Source: Raillietiella orientalis (Eukaryota). From it: a stretch of 64,000 nucleotides of DNA. The notes below the pieces were generated by a model. The model ran no database searches. It was not told where the DNA came from and was given only the letters and a program-made list of their open reading frames with translations. The stretch's first letter is position 1. Each line of letters begins with the position of its first letter. The stretch lies in NCBI GenBank assembly GCA_036172245.1, contig JAYWIR010000005.1, forward strand, positions 1,488,001 through 1,552,000, written 5' to 3'. The translations under genes and the position numbers were made by a program. Below, one piece after another: positions 26,101 to 40,100 of this stretch.

Positions 26101-27400
26101 CCCGCTTCTGATTTATTACTAGAAAATCTTTCCCTCTGCATGAGAAACACCTTGCATCTTGAATTTATTTTCACTTCAAAACACTTCCGGATTCTGGATC
26201 TCCATATGAAGCAAGCAAAGATTTTTGTATCCCTTCGATTTTTCTAGCATTAAACAGAAAATCCTTCCGTTGCTGAATGCGTATCGCTCTAATTGCCATG
26301 GAAAAAGTTCATGCTGGAAACACCATAAGCTATCTGCAGAGAAAAAGCAAGTACTCTGTCATATTCGAGCACCTTTCCCAGCTTCCATCTTCACCGTCTT
26401 GAATCTGATCGATTAAAGACAGCCAAGTTCTCTGAAAGTCGATCGGGTAGCAAACGAGTGCACCGAGGTTCCACTAAAAATTTTGCAATGCTTCCTGGAA
26501 TTTTCCCGATTCCTTGATCGATTGCCCGCGTCATGAAGTTAATATTTAGGAGCCAAGAAAAATCTGAATTCCTAAGATGTGGTTTTGAAAAGTGTGGAGA
26601 GTTCAAGTCGTATCAGTATCATTATGTTATTGACGTGATCGATCAACGCTCAAATACCAGATTGGCAAAATAAGCGGAGAATGCTTTTCAATCTGATTAC
26701 GATTTTAATAATCAAATTTTGAGACAACTTAAGGTGAAACAGATGCATGGCAACGGTCGATACCATGAGAAAAAAGCTGAGGGGAAATACAGATGGATCG
26801 ACTTTACGGACATCTGATAGCTTTATCTACAGCAGCTACTTTCCATGTGTCAAGTCTATACGTTTCTTTTCCAAGATTGTTTGTGCGGTTCCCTAGACTG
26901 CAAACCAATAAAGCAGCAATAAATGTCGCGAATCTGGGACTTGGCATATATCTGCGCAAAGATTGGAGCACTAAAATGTAGGTTAGTGAGGGTGTCGTAT
27001 GATTTTGAAGAATATGGTTTTGCTCTTTCTGTGAACCTTTTATGTCCACCAGTCTTGCCCAGTCGACCATATTCTCCATGAAAATCTAAGTGTTTCCTGG
27101 CTAATTATCGCGATTCTCTCACATGGAAGCTCATCGCAACAGCAAAAATTCCCATGTGTGAAACAGATCTGAGCTCCAGCCTGTATGATTTTAATCTTCG
27201 CAATAGTATTTCATGCCGATGCAGTTTGGATTTCCCACCTATGGTTTTCGGAAGAGTCCATAAACACAATATGAATATTCTTTGTGGCTTTCCTGAAACC
27301 CCACATGCCCAACTACGATGTGCATCTCCTGCCTTTTTAGGGGACGACCAGCAAGGAGCAAATTCATCTGACAATACTGGATCCGCGTTGGAAATCTATG
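23150..27400 (-). mobile_element. near-full-length decayed NeSL/Utopia-like non-LTR retrotransposon
   Basis: AINKLPNS, SKKRKDANWSP, WDLARSFVHDFI, LHVPARTTNQY, DQRKGMRC, HLRFADYRSIYVPRLSLLPI, ENLLHKFRCC, ARHQDAVGRL, QDLVIQMG, IGSLGC*DPKNDEVL, RCSRYVY: RT, zinc knuckle and RLE in order, with many stops. Confidence 0.85.
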
Positions 27401-27467
27401 ATCTCGTCTCGATGACCAGCTGCAGTGTAAACTCTGGAAGCGGTCTTGAGCACATTCCCAATCCTTT

Positions 27468-30400
27468 TCAGTAAAGGTTATTGGTAGCGTGGCTCAAGAG
27501 AACATCCGAATCGGAGATTGAGGATGCCCGTTCGAAAAGTAGCAATTTATCACAAAGACATTTTGTTGTTGTTCGCCGCTTCACATTCAAGTACACTATA
27601 TTCTCGTTTATAGCATTGTTCAAATGGTCCTTTTTTATATGTATATCTAGCATTCGTACGTATGAATATTTGATTTCGCATTCTCATACATGATGGTCTT
27701 ATGGCAAACGCACAAATTAAATCAGAATCTTCTTACCTTTCCTTCTGCTTTCTCTAGGAAGCCGATATAAAGAAACGGAATGGCATTCTGAGGAGCTGGA
27801 ATCTTTCTCATGAAATGTATGATGATGATCATAGTTTTGCTGAAACACACATAATTTTGTTTTGCAAAGATTACTTTATGTATTTGGCAGTACAGTGGCA
27901 ACTATCTGTATACTATCTAACAATGACAATAGCAAACAAATGGATGCGTTATATTGAAAAGCAATTTGTTCCCAGGTAGGCATTGACAGTAACCTGGTGA
28001 CATCCAGCACTTACAAATGTAGGACTCTTTGGACGGTATGTCCATGTTTCGAAATGCTTGGACGCAGTTGAAGACAAACTGGAAGCCATTTTCTTGTTTA
28101 GGCAAACAGAACAAGAAACCTTGTTGTATTGTTTACATTTCCTCTTTTTCTTCTGCTTTTGCTGCCGTTTCGCTTCCCATTCGTTTCCATATTGCTTATC
28201 AAAAATATCTTTTATCAAGCCAATTTTTTCATTATAGACTTTCATACGTTCATTAGCTTTATTTTTGTCTCTGCTTTACCTTATGAACATGGGTGCAGTT
28301 CGTGCTGTCCAGACAATCAATGAAATCCATGGAATCATATGGTGCAGAAGAATCGGAATGGCACAAGATTTCCTTCATTAGGACGGGTTGTAAATGGGTT
28401 GAATTGTGCTGACAGTACAAGTTTCGATCTTTCATATTATAATGATCCAAGTTTTTATCACTCCTTAAAAACGTTGGACTGCCTGTGAATTCCTTCCTAC
28501 ACAGTCCTTTCCTTCAACATATTTAGTTTTCGTGCATCAATATAAACCTGAGTCTCTCCAACTGATCTTCTAAATTTCGATACTGCTGTAAAACCTGTGC
28601 GAAACCTCCGTTTTTATTTGTACAGTTAAGCAGTGCTTCTATGTTTTCAGACAACTACGTTCAAGCATGAAAAGAGCAAATGTAAACGAAATAGACACAC
28701 ATGTTTTGCTTTGAAGAATAAGGTTTACACATCGAAAACAAGTTCAAATCGATTCCAATCTTTTCGGGTAATTCGACTGTGAGCACTAGAAAAACGATTT
28801 TGTTTTAAATCTTCCACGAAGCGAACATGTAGAGGATAAGATATTTGTTTTCGGAAGACTCGTTCAGTGAAGGTTTGATACGGCCCTTGACCCACAGTTG
28901 AAGAGGTTGAAGTCCCTTTACTTAGTCTGAATAGCTCAACACTTGTTTTACTCGAATGTCGCTGCCCCGAGTGTAACAGACAGAAACCTCGTTCAGCCCG
29001 AAAGAGGTTTCTTCAGAGCAAAAGTCTCACGGAAAATTCATTTACCGTTCATTTCAGGTGGCTCAGAAACTCGTCATAAACAGCAAGTGTTTCGGTTAAA
29101 CATATGAACAAGTATGAAGATCAATGAAGTTTTTTTTTGTGCTTAACCCATAAAATACCTTCTCGAGATCCCGCCGCATTTCATTTATTTGCATATTTAT
29201 GCATTCAGTCTTTGTCTCTATGCTTTTAGAAATCTCCTCATATTTTTGTTCCATAACATCCTTAAAGACATTCATGATGCTTTTGGTGACATTACTCTCG
29301 ATAGCTGATGGCAAAATGCTGATGTGCTCTGATAAATTTTCCGTATGCCGACAAAGGAGCGATAACGCCACGCTGAAAATACGCACATCCTTTACCCAAA
29401 ATTCGTAGACAGCACTGAGGTCTGAAATTCCCAGTAAACAGTTGACACAAAATGGAGGCTGTCCCCCAAGTAATTCTTGAGAAAGTTCTTTTTGTATAGT
29501 TAATTGCAAATGGATTGATTTCAGTTGGAAGAAGAAAGCTTGTTGAAACGAAACTAAAGTTCGTTTCATTTGGAAAGCTTTCCTAATCACTCTTGCACTT
29601 GCAGAGATTAGCTGAACTCGTAATAAGCAGAGCGATGATACCGAAATTCCGCTGACGAAATTACAATCAGATCCTTACAGAAACGAAAAATCGCTTAAAA
29701 TGGGATTCATATACACTTAAAGGAAGGATAGAAACTTGTGATGGAATAGTGGATCCTATCGGTTATTTCTAATAAACATCTCGTTTCATTCAGTTATCAC
29801 GAACGCATCCAGATTTATATCAGTATTATCGAAATATATCAGATGCAAATCTCCAATTAAATGAGAAACTCATGCATGAATTTGCGCGGAAAGTCGAGGA
29901 AGCACTCTTTAAAACTTGAGGCGTATTTCGACGGAGAGGTTGGCTCAAATGTTTGGATTCTTCGCTCAACTTGTGGTTTCCATTCAAAAAAACCAAGTCT
30001 CGTTTGAATTTTTGTCTCCGTGAAACCGATCGCATACGTCCAACGGGCTCAACCTTGTGAAAACTTCTTAAGGCAAAGGTAATCACATCCATCGCCTCGA
30101 AAAGACGACGAAGACATTTCTTAACGAATTCAGTCCTCAGTAATCCAAAATTATTTGAATGTAATAAATAGCCGCTACTGAAACTTAATGAGTAGCATAA
30201 CTCAATAACAAGTGAAGTGAACATTCGGTCAGAGAGAAAATGACTTTTCCTAAGAATCAAGAGAGACATTCTAAGAACGAAGGCGAACCCTTATTTTCTG
30301 CTCTCTGTAATGAGAAGGGCGATAGAAGAAATAGAATGAAATATGTAAGGATATTGACCTGCACTTGGATGGAAATATGCAAACTTCCCAAGATTGCCTC

Positions 30401-33400
30401 AAAGATATTTCGAACACCCTATTACTATGGATTTTGGTTGTTTTCTAGAAAAAAAAATTAGCAGAATGCAAGATGGAAAACCATCAAAATTGCAACCACC
30501 CCTCGTTTCGAGAGTGAATAGCCCGGAGGGAACTCGAGTTCTAAAAAACGAAACGATACAGTTACAGAACCTATGAAAGCTTTGGCTTGGAAGCTGCTCT
30601 TTGGAGGTAGTAGGACTTTTTTTTTGGTTCTAGTAGCACCTCACGTCCGGCATTCGGAGGATATCTTTAAAAGAAGGAAAGCTCTCGATACGTATGACCG
30701 CTGGTCTTTTCGTAGGTAAACGAACCGTACCGAGCATTCGATAATAACAAACATTTTCGAAAGCGCTGATTCAATCCTATCGGCGCGTGTGATTATAATA
30801 AATCTTGGGACTAGAAATTCTTGAGGTAAAAATGCTGCTTGTTGTAAATTATCGCCAGGCTATTCGGTTTTAATAACTGATTCCAAAATGAAACTTCTCT
30901 GTTCCCGAAGTTGGAACATTCAATGTTACAAACCACCAGATCCCGGCAGAATGAATCCTGCTAGCCGCGGAAAATCGAGCACACCAAATGAATACTCAAA
31001 GAGCTTATATTTAAAAAAAAGAAATTACGAAGGGCTATAAAGAATCTGTGATGCTAGCTTGGAGAGTTTGCATGAAGAATATTATTAGGCTTTTCAACAG
31101 ACAGCTTTGTGACGTGTTACCAGCTGCTTCCGTATCTTTTTCATGCAACAAGATAGCGTTCTGTGCTGGGATGATTAAATTCGGCATACATTTTGAATTT
31201 AATTCTCTGCAGAATGTCTAAAATCTCAGATAAATTCAAATTTGAATGTCATTGTAAGAAATTCCCGGTTATCAGTCAAGGTCTGTTAAGATTTTGCTTG
31301 GATCATTAACCGAATAATCGATTGTATCCGTATGCGACGTGTTATTTTGCTCTCCACTTATAATCATGCAGCTCACTAGATTTCCAGAAACGAATTCTAA
31401 AATGGAAAATACAGATGGAAAAAGCAAGCATCTTCTCAAGTTGTACTACTTCTCTGAAGGAAATTCAGTCTGAACATCCACTCAACTCGAATTCACAAAA
31501 TTAACTATCTTAAGTAAAACTGCTCGCCTTTCTGTACAGTAGTAAAAAATAATAATAATAATAATGCTCGTGATGAATATGCAATGTGAAAACTCGGTTA
31601 TCAAACAAAACTTTGCACACATGCTTTTGCACAATATCAAAAACAGAAGTGTGCATGAACAGGAAGTGACAAATCACATAGCAAACACGGTAATGGTAGG
31701 ACTGGGCTACTAGATTTCAGGACGGACTACAAATTCTCATCATTAATTTTAACTGATGAAAAACAAAACAAATAAAAGCAAACTCAAGTTTGGAGTTTCC
31801 CTGGACGAAAAGTAATGGGTACTCTATCGTATTTTCTAAACCGGAATTGTGTTGCCAGTGCATCGGCAGGTCGCTCCAGCATATGGACGGCTTCTTTTCC
31901 AGACTTATCATAATGGGAAATGCTTCGTTTTTTCAGAGAAAATCTCAAATATTGCTAAGAGCTTTTCTAAAAGTTCTTTTACCAAAACGGTCTTTATACT
32001 TGTACTCAAATTCGCAATTTTCCATTTTTTGGAAGTATCAAGATTAGTGTGTTCATAAGGATGTTAATGCTTGCAGAGAGTAAACTCAGTCCAATGTGTG
32101 TTTGTTTGTTTGTATTTCTTCAGGGAAAAATGTAGTCACCTATTTCGTGACCCGCATCTTTTTTTGAGGATATGTATTTCGTTCATACGTTAAACTCTGA
32201 TAAGCTTTTTGCCATTCTAAAGAATGGAATTCCTTGCTGATTTGCTGATATTCTTGTGATTTTGATTTTGTATGTAAATTAGGCGAATGTCGTGCATAAA
32301 AGAACTTGTTGGACTGAGACCACTGTTTACTTAACTGAAAATCGAATTAAACGAGAATCCAACACTCATGTCCTCAGCAATTATTGGAAATTAAATTTTA
32401 TCATGTGATCCAAATACAAATAAACATTTATGCGAATGTGTATGAATGTGTTAAACGTATACTTTCACTTTTAGGTAGATAACAGCACTTGAATTGGGAC
32501 ACTGTAATTCACTGAATACATACGTATAATACGTATATGTCTTTGATAAATACGTATATTTCTTTCTACAATTTTCTTCATGATTCGTTGATAGATAATT
32601 ATGTTGAACTTGGGACAAAAAGGTGAGATAGTTATGCCTCAGATAAACTATAGCTTGTAAGTTTCAAGATTCATGATAATTGGTGGTGACTATTCACAAT
32701 TTGGACTCCGCTTTCCCGTTCGGGACCCCAGAAATTTTAGATTATCAAATTATCTTTGATTGATTATCAGTTGCAAATTCACAAATCAAGTTATTTAGAT
32801 TTCCATTTTTCATTTTGCGGTTCTTTTTAATACCAAGCTATTTTGTCTGTTATTTTATGCGTGACTGCTAAACACTCTTGTTTATAACTGCTCAAAGAGT
32901 TCAACATTTCTGAAATGTTTGAGCGTCGTCAAATTGCCATGTATAGCGAAGATTGCTTGTATTCAACATATTCATCGTGCTTAAACTATCTAACCGTATA
33001 AGAGCTACCGGATTTTTAAAATACACTTTGCGAAACACAGCACAATTTTTTCTACAAAATAGTCAGTGAATTCTTTAAAACTGATTTTTTTTTTTTTTCC
33101 GGATTCTCCGTATGTGCTGAACTCATCGAGAGTTTACTTTCCATGGAGATTTTTAGATGGAAAAAGACACGTTTCCATAATTGAAATTGAGTGATCCAAA
33201 AACAGTCATAAATTAACGCCTGACAACAAAGGGTCCACACACTTAATTTTGAAATCCATATTTGTAGTGAAATGAGGATCATTAGTTTTTAATAATTCAA
33301 GGAGAATAATTGGTCTTAGCACGGGGTTTTTGCTTTCTTATCAATATGGATGTCTTTGCTAACTTCTTCAACTCTCCATTGCGTCGTTAGCCTTGCTTTC

Positions 33401-36400
33401 AAGTTTCGTGGAAGCAATCAATTCCCTTTCTCCACGTCATCATTTTGAAGTTTCTCAGCCATCATTTTGAAGTTTCGCTCTGAGCATAGACCTCAGCACC
33501 GCCCAACGGACGGAAGCATGTTTGCTGAACTGGAAACGTACTCACCGACCTACTGTTTGTCCTATCAAATTTGCCAGAATTCCTATTTTCGCATGGAACA
33601 TTTTAGGAACGCGTCTTCTTTAAATGGAACACAACTGTCGATGGCCTTTGCTTTCGAATACCTTCCCAGTCTCAGAGCTTGAAAATGTCCACGTCGAAAT
33701 GTACATGTTAAACGTAGAACATGTTACATTCATGTGGATTGCAGTACTGATCGTTCAGCGGCAGGGCTTTTTCCACCTCTCCTCGTTGAACAATCAGGAT
33801 GCCTGGCTTTCCATAATGGGTCCAGTGTGGAAGGCTGTTTCCAGTCCAGTTCAACTGCCAAAACAAGTTTCTTTCGAAATGAATTCTGCATGAGTGAGTA
33901 TCTTCCGCTCGGTAGAAAGTTTGCTTAGCTTTAACCGCTCCGAAGGGTTTCCTCTCGCTCGGAGTTTGAAATTCGAATCGTTTCAATTTGTTTCCCTCAA
34001 ATAGTACTTCAGCTCTTCTTTTAACAACTCCATTTTTATCATAGAGCTTCACACCGTAAGATACTGCAGCATTGTTCGTTTTTTTCTGGTTCTTCTCACT
34101 TATTTATGCAGATCAAAAGAGAGAGAATGTTTTCAATTTTGTGAAGCTAATTTCTTTCATGCTGAAAAAACTTTCCGAACAAAGTACATTTACACTGTGA
34201 ATCTGTGAAATCATTTGATTCGCATCCTCGTCTTACGTGATGGTGGCAAAATGCCAACGTATCGCTTTCCGTTTTGAGAACCTTATTGCATGCAAAAGAT
34301 AGCATCATTTTTAATTTCTTAAGCAAAAAAGGATAGCTTTCTAGTTTATTTAATGTAACTAAAACAATGAAGCAAAAATACTTATGTGTCTAAGCATTAG
34401 CATGGAATGTTATTTCACTTGCATCTCTATCTATTTCGCTTGTAGTACATATTTCTCTCGAAACAACAGTTTCTACCTAGTTTGGCACATGATTACCAAT
34501 ACAGCTATGAAAACACTAACATTGCATTATGCGACCTCACACACTCTCTTAAAATAAAATGCATTTTCTTAAACATAGCAGAAATACGTATTGCACACGC
34601 TATCTTTGCATCTACACAAATATGTCCTTCTCATAGCTAAACACATTCATAGCCGAGTGTGCTTACTGATCAGCTCCACAGGATAGTGCTTTGTGCAAGT
34701 ATTTCTCGTGCATTCTCGCAAAATCGAATTCCTTGAAACGAGTCCTTTTAGTCTATTAAATGTCAGACATCTCGTTGACGATTTTTTTCTGGTTTCTTTA
34801 ATTTGGCATTACAATTGCAATTTACGTTTCAAAAAGTTACGTATGAGTCATTCAAAATGGACAGAATTCTATGCAAGCAGATTGCTCATTATAATGCATG
34901 TTCATGAGAGATTCTCATTATTATATTACAAGTGAAAAAAAACGTAAACTTCGAGGCTTCATATATTCTGAAGGCACAATTCGAACCTGTTCTCCGATTC
35001 TTTCGCATTGTGTCTTTTCAGCTCAATGTCGTTAAGAAAGCATGCTTTCTTCTCTTGACTTGAAAGACCAGTCTTTCTTTCCTGGCTGCCAAATATATCT
35101 TCTTGACTGTTCATGGTAGAATTGGTCAGATATGACTGAATTTCTTTATCCTAAAATAAACGGATTGCTTTATATTTTGGATAGTAAATTAGTGAGGGAC
35201 CCATATCATGAAGACTTTTTTCAAAGTGAAAATGGAACTGTGCTCATAATTTCCACAAGGGCATCTATCATTTGCAGTGCATTTTTCTAATGGAGAGGTT
35301 TCGTTTCAACAGAGATTTCCTTGTACTCAGGGAAAAGCTCCAGACTTCTAAAGCAAAAGTAATTACTTTTGTAATGTGCTCATCGCTACTGTCTGTCAAA
35401 CAAATATTCCATATCTTTTGAATAGAGAAATCGAATGAGAATAGACGTGCCTTCGAGTCAAGTTCTATTCACAGTCGACTTAAACTTTGCAAACAAACCT
35501 CACTATTACCGACATGCCAAAAAAAACAGAGCACATGATAGTTGGAAATTAATTAAATCATCTAAGAACTTAATAAAAGCATTCAACATCTATTGAATAA
35601 GTGCATTCTAGAAAGTACTATTCCTTCTATAAAGATGTACAAAAAATATTCTGAGGTTGTTCATCCTATCAGAAGCTCCGTTGAGTTTCTGTTCAAAGTC
35701 CCTGATGACTACAGTTACATTTCCTTGCTTGATGATACTCTGTTGAAAGTTACAGTTATATTCTGTCGTGAAAATGTATACATTTTAACGAATCAGTATT
35801 TTCACGTTTACTGGATAACGGATCTGATCATTACGATTGAGCAACATGATTGCCTGTGGGCTCTTCTGCAAACATCCTTTTCAAGTAAAGACACGAAGAA
35901 TTACAATAGCTGGATAGCTCGTAACGCTTTCCAGCCTCGAAAAAATAAAACCTATCTTGGCATTTGAGAATATGAGCAAGAAATAGCAAACACTCAAATG
36001 CTGGTGTGTTTTTAAAGGATTTGTCAAGCATGACATTCAATTTGTACCCTGCTCCGTTGAAAATTGCAAGAGGAGTTTATCGAAGAGAGTTGTGAACAAA
36101 GCTGGTACTCTTGCAATTTAAAAAGCATCGAAATAGGAAAACTAAACCAAAACAAAAAACATCGAAAAAAAAAAAGGAATGCTATTGCCACGGGTGCCCA
36201 CAGACTCTCTTCAAATCAGTACGTTCATTGTTCAGCAATCATGAACGAAAGATGATATACGATAATCATGAGCCGTCTCCTAAGAAGAGAACCGAATCAA
36301 CCATGTGCATTCGCAGTTGCAGCCTCACTGAAACTCCTCACACACATTCAGACATCCATAAATTAGTAGAAGGTGCGTGGTATTTCATCGCAAATGTCCA

Positions 36401-37222
36401 ATCGTGAAATTATGGTTCTGTGTTCCCTGAAAGACCATAATCCTCAAAAAAGGTCAATACTGTTAGATTGCAACTTATGATCCGGTTCCTCAAATGCACA
36501 TGTACGTAATTCCTGATGTGCACGAACAGAACCTTCAAATAATCTGGCGCATGCTTTCCTTTCAGTTAAAACAGCTTATTAAAGATAAAATTCTCATATT
36601 TCAATAGGCAGCAGAATTTCAACTGTTGCAGCTTCTTCTCAGAAGCGTGGACGCAGTAGAAAGACGCAAAGCACTTGAGGTGCACAGAAATGAACTTGAA
36701 AAACTAAAAGTTAAATGATCTAAGCTGAGCTGTACGATCTAAGCTTTTGAGAAACCTCGTATCAGTTGAAGTTTTCGTTGAAATTACCATTAGCTCATTC
36801 TTATTTTCTGCACATGAAACTCATCATTTCATATGTACTGATTTTACCTGTGCATGTGTGTTTTTGATGAATACATTTACACCTAACACGTGAACTATCG
36901 ACTTCTGATGCGAATCCCTTGCTTTTCCAAGAACGCACTGAAAGGTGACATTTATGGACAACAAAAAATGCATTAATGGAAATACTGAGTTTATGCCACG
37001 CAAATTACATCATATAGTTTCAGTGAGAATGTCTTCATCAATCTGTCAACAAATGCTCTCATTAAAAATTGTTTAATTACCCTTCTATCCATGAATTTAA
37101 GTTCCTGACTGGCAAAGTCTTGGCACGCTGGTTGGGTGGGGTTCTGAGGGGTTCTGCTGACATTGGCATGCATAATTTGATTCGATGCAGTCTCCCTTTC
37201 TGAACTTCGATTCAGAAAAGAC
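27468..37222 (-). CDS. spliced orphan coiled-coil protein (~500 aa), candidate IHO1/Mer2-like meiotic DSB factor; 5' end uncertain
   Basis: Phase-consistent GT-AG exons: (37222-37081 tentative), 35150-34987, 29372-29159, 28961-28731, 28654-28548, 28511-28280, 28194-28015, 27839-27737, 27646-27468 (TGA). This gives 469 open codons from 35150. Features: SQ/TQ-rich N-terminus, heptad region, basic patch KRQQKQKKKRK, Ser/Asp-rich tail. Confidence 0.65.
30600..31500 (+). mobile_element. decayed RT fragment inside the 5.6 kb intron
   Basis: GKNAAC../NYRQ../SVLITDSKM at ~30825-30890 resembles GK..NYRPISxLNxDxK. Confidence 0.35.
33400..34200 (-). mobile_element. decayed R4/Dong-like RLE endonuclease region inside the 5.6 kb intron
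   Basis: KTNNAAV..LYDKNG (RHxxV..LxxKxG) and LFWQ..THYGKPGILIVQRGEVEKALPLND..PHE (LYWD..HNRPDIV..ALLIDV.P.E). In-frame stops on both sides. Confidence 0.6.
35600..36110 (-). mobile_element. possible decayed AP-endonuclease fragment of a LINE
   Basis: VTVVIRDFEQKLNG resembles VxGDFNAKxG; FHDRI resembles SDRI. Stop-riddled. Confidence 0.3.
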
Positions 37223-38799
37223 CTGAAACAAGAAAACGCTTGCTTGCTCCCTTCTTGGTGTGCTCAGTTTCACTGTGTTTATTGAGTTCATGTGGGATTA
37301 TTTCTACATAACGACCCATACAGATATAAACATCGATATCCAAATTGTTGTTACTGTACATTCGTCCTCTCGTTTCGATGTGGGAAACAACCATAACTGC
37401 TTGTAATTCATGTCAAGTTTCTCATTTCATTAGTTTCTACCTGGTTATTTTAGTTATATGGAAACCAATGACCAAAAAAAAGTGTATATGTACACACACA
37501 TATGTATACATACATACGTACATGCATACATACCTATGTATTTGTTCTACAAATACACGTTTTCTTTGGCTATTAGTTTCCATAAAATTAAAATTTGTTC
37601 AATTACAGATATAATATATAATTATTACATATATATATATAAACATGCATATGTAAACACACATGGATAAATATTCAACTCTTTTCATTTGAATTTTCAT
37701 TCATTGGCAATTTACATAGCTTTCCAAATCGAAATGTAGTCTTTAAACCTATCTATTTCCTCATATTTCATTTCCTTCAGCCTAAAAATCATTTTCGGAG
37801 AAAAGATCCCGTGAGATCTAATACGGAGATGAAGACTTGTTTTGGGGTCCCATTTATGCTGGATCATTTTTCCACTCTTATTAAGATTTGACTTAAGTTA
37901 GTGAAAGTCCCGAATGGGATCACTTAAAACTGGAAGCGTATTCCCACAGCATCAAGAAATTCAATTCAGGTCATTCTCAATTTCCACTCAGAGCACAAAA
38001 TCGTGCTTGCTGTAAAAAAAAAAAATGAAAAATAAAAGAGGGGGGAGGGGGGGATGCAAGATTTAATGTTTAAACCTTGCGTTTTTATAAACGGCAGTTA
38101 ACGAACTTTTCCCTATAATTTCCAGAAAACGTCGTAATTTGCTTTATAATTCAATGATTGCTGGAAAACTAAGAGCACATATACGATTTTGATTCCCAGT
38201 CCATTTATATTTTTATCACATTTCTTCCTCCATACATGAATTTCTCTTTTGAGATCTGTTCTGAGTGCCGTGCATTATTACTCCATTTTCATCCTTTCTT
38301 CTGTCTCGCATGTACCGAATTTTCTTTCATCCTCAACTCGTAAATTTTAAGTAGATAAATGGATTGATTTGACAAATCAATCAATACCCATTTGGACACC
38401 TATTAAGCACTGGTTACTAGAATCCAAATGAAGGGAGTCTGAATCCATGGAAAATGGACTTCAGCAGCGGAATCAGCGAACATATCACTCTGGTGTGTTT
38501 AATTCAGGAAAGAGTTTTCACATTCTCAACATTTCAATGTTTCGAGTTTTCTATATATTGAGAAATAACTTCATTCACATCTGCACTTCTAATTGGATAA
38601 CTATCCATGATGTGTTTCCGTACACCTTTGCTTGATATCCCTCATTCTTATTTGCTATTCCACATACTTCTAGGAGTTACTCTTTATTCATAATTTGTTC
38701 TCTGAGCATTAATATTCTTACTGGAGGTGTGTAAATTTTGCAAAGCAGGAAGACGAGGCATGTTGTCATGCCAGCGTTCACAAGTGACGGCTATGGTCG

Positions 38800-40100
38800 G
38801 TAGCTCGATTCAGTTAAATTACCCTACCTCGAGGGCCATAATTAATGTGAGTTGAATTTTCAAGATTCGAATAGATTCGGATATGATGGCGAATCAGTGT
38901 GATCCGTTATTTTGCTGAAAAGAAAACAGAGCTTCTCTTTGCAGGAAAAAAATTTTCCATTCATCTTCAAGCAATCCTTGCTTTTAACGCGGTAATGACC
39001 CATTCAGTGATAACCTTTTGAGTTGCTTTTTCTCATTACAGTGCATATGACTTATGGTAAAATCTTTCTGAATTAGTCACTGCAAACACGGCTTAATGCA
39101 TTGGAAAAGATGGCATAGTGAATCAGCAAACTTTAAGGCAAGAAAGTTCATGATTAATGCGCTAATGTTGAAATCAGAAAGGGGAACGGTCATCAAAACT
39201 AAATGATATCGATCAAATTGGGAAATATTTCCAGGATTGAGAAAATGGAATTGGAAGTTCACTCTGATATCAGAGCTACTCAAACGAAATGAAACAGTCA
39301 TCCGAAGTACATCATTAAGTGGAAATTATGCTTTGTATATTATCCTATATGAGGCAAACACTATTGTGAGAATCAGGTTTTTCCGTATCGATCCGGAACG
39401 AGTAACCCAAAGTGGATCAGTAATCGCAGAACTCAACTTACACACACAATAGAAAATTCGCTTTCATATATTTTGATTGGTCTAAACTGCACCGAGGCAG
39501 TATGCATCGACTTCATTGGAATGGATTTAGAATCCAATTGACCTAAAGGTTTTGAGCTCGTTAACAATTTTTTTTATTTTTTTCATTGAACTTTGATGCT
39601 TTGAGATAGGAGAAACACTAGTACACTAACGGACACAAGCTTTCAAATGTCTCATCTGTCACGAAAAGGTTGTAAATTTGGAAGTCATCAGCAAATTAAC
39701 AACTATCATAGGACTTGATGCTGAATCCCGAGTATCACTCCTGAATCGTGATTCCTACATCGTGATGGTTTGACTTCGACATGGAAAGTTTTCAAGAGTC
39801 TTCATTTCTCTTTTTTGTCGATATTCCGCGTTCTTCTGTCTAGAAAAGAAAATAACACTATCCGGTGTATAATCAAGGTGAATGCACAAAATTCAACTAA
39901 TTTTGGGAGGTTCGCAAGTGGATTTTCAAATAAAGTAATTAACGAGCTGTTATGTTGGAGCATTTCATGTGTCATCTTTTCATATTTCGAATTTTTTTGT
40001 CCCAATGAGAGTTTCCTGTTCTTGTAATAACATCCACTCATATTGCAAAAGTCATGTATTACATTTGAAAATCAATGTTTCAAATCTTTAAACTCCGATT
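38800..40100 (-). mobile_element. decayed AT-rich non-LTR RT
   Basis: LKTFRSIGF (NFRPI), VPLSDFNISAL (PLSxxxFNI) and LALKFADSLCHL (LxYADDL) occur in order. Confidence 0.45.

Noticed and set aside
33400..34160. Stop-codon reassignment to explain in-frame TGA/TAA in a protein-like frame
   Set aside because: MIOS ends in TGA and RPA3 in TAG with standard decoding, and the segment also has frameshifts, so decay explains it.
38356..38392. Hairpin gattgatttg-a-caaatcaatc
   Set aside because: It is an isolated short palindrome with no second copy or associated feature seen.
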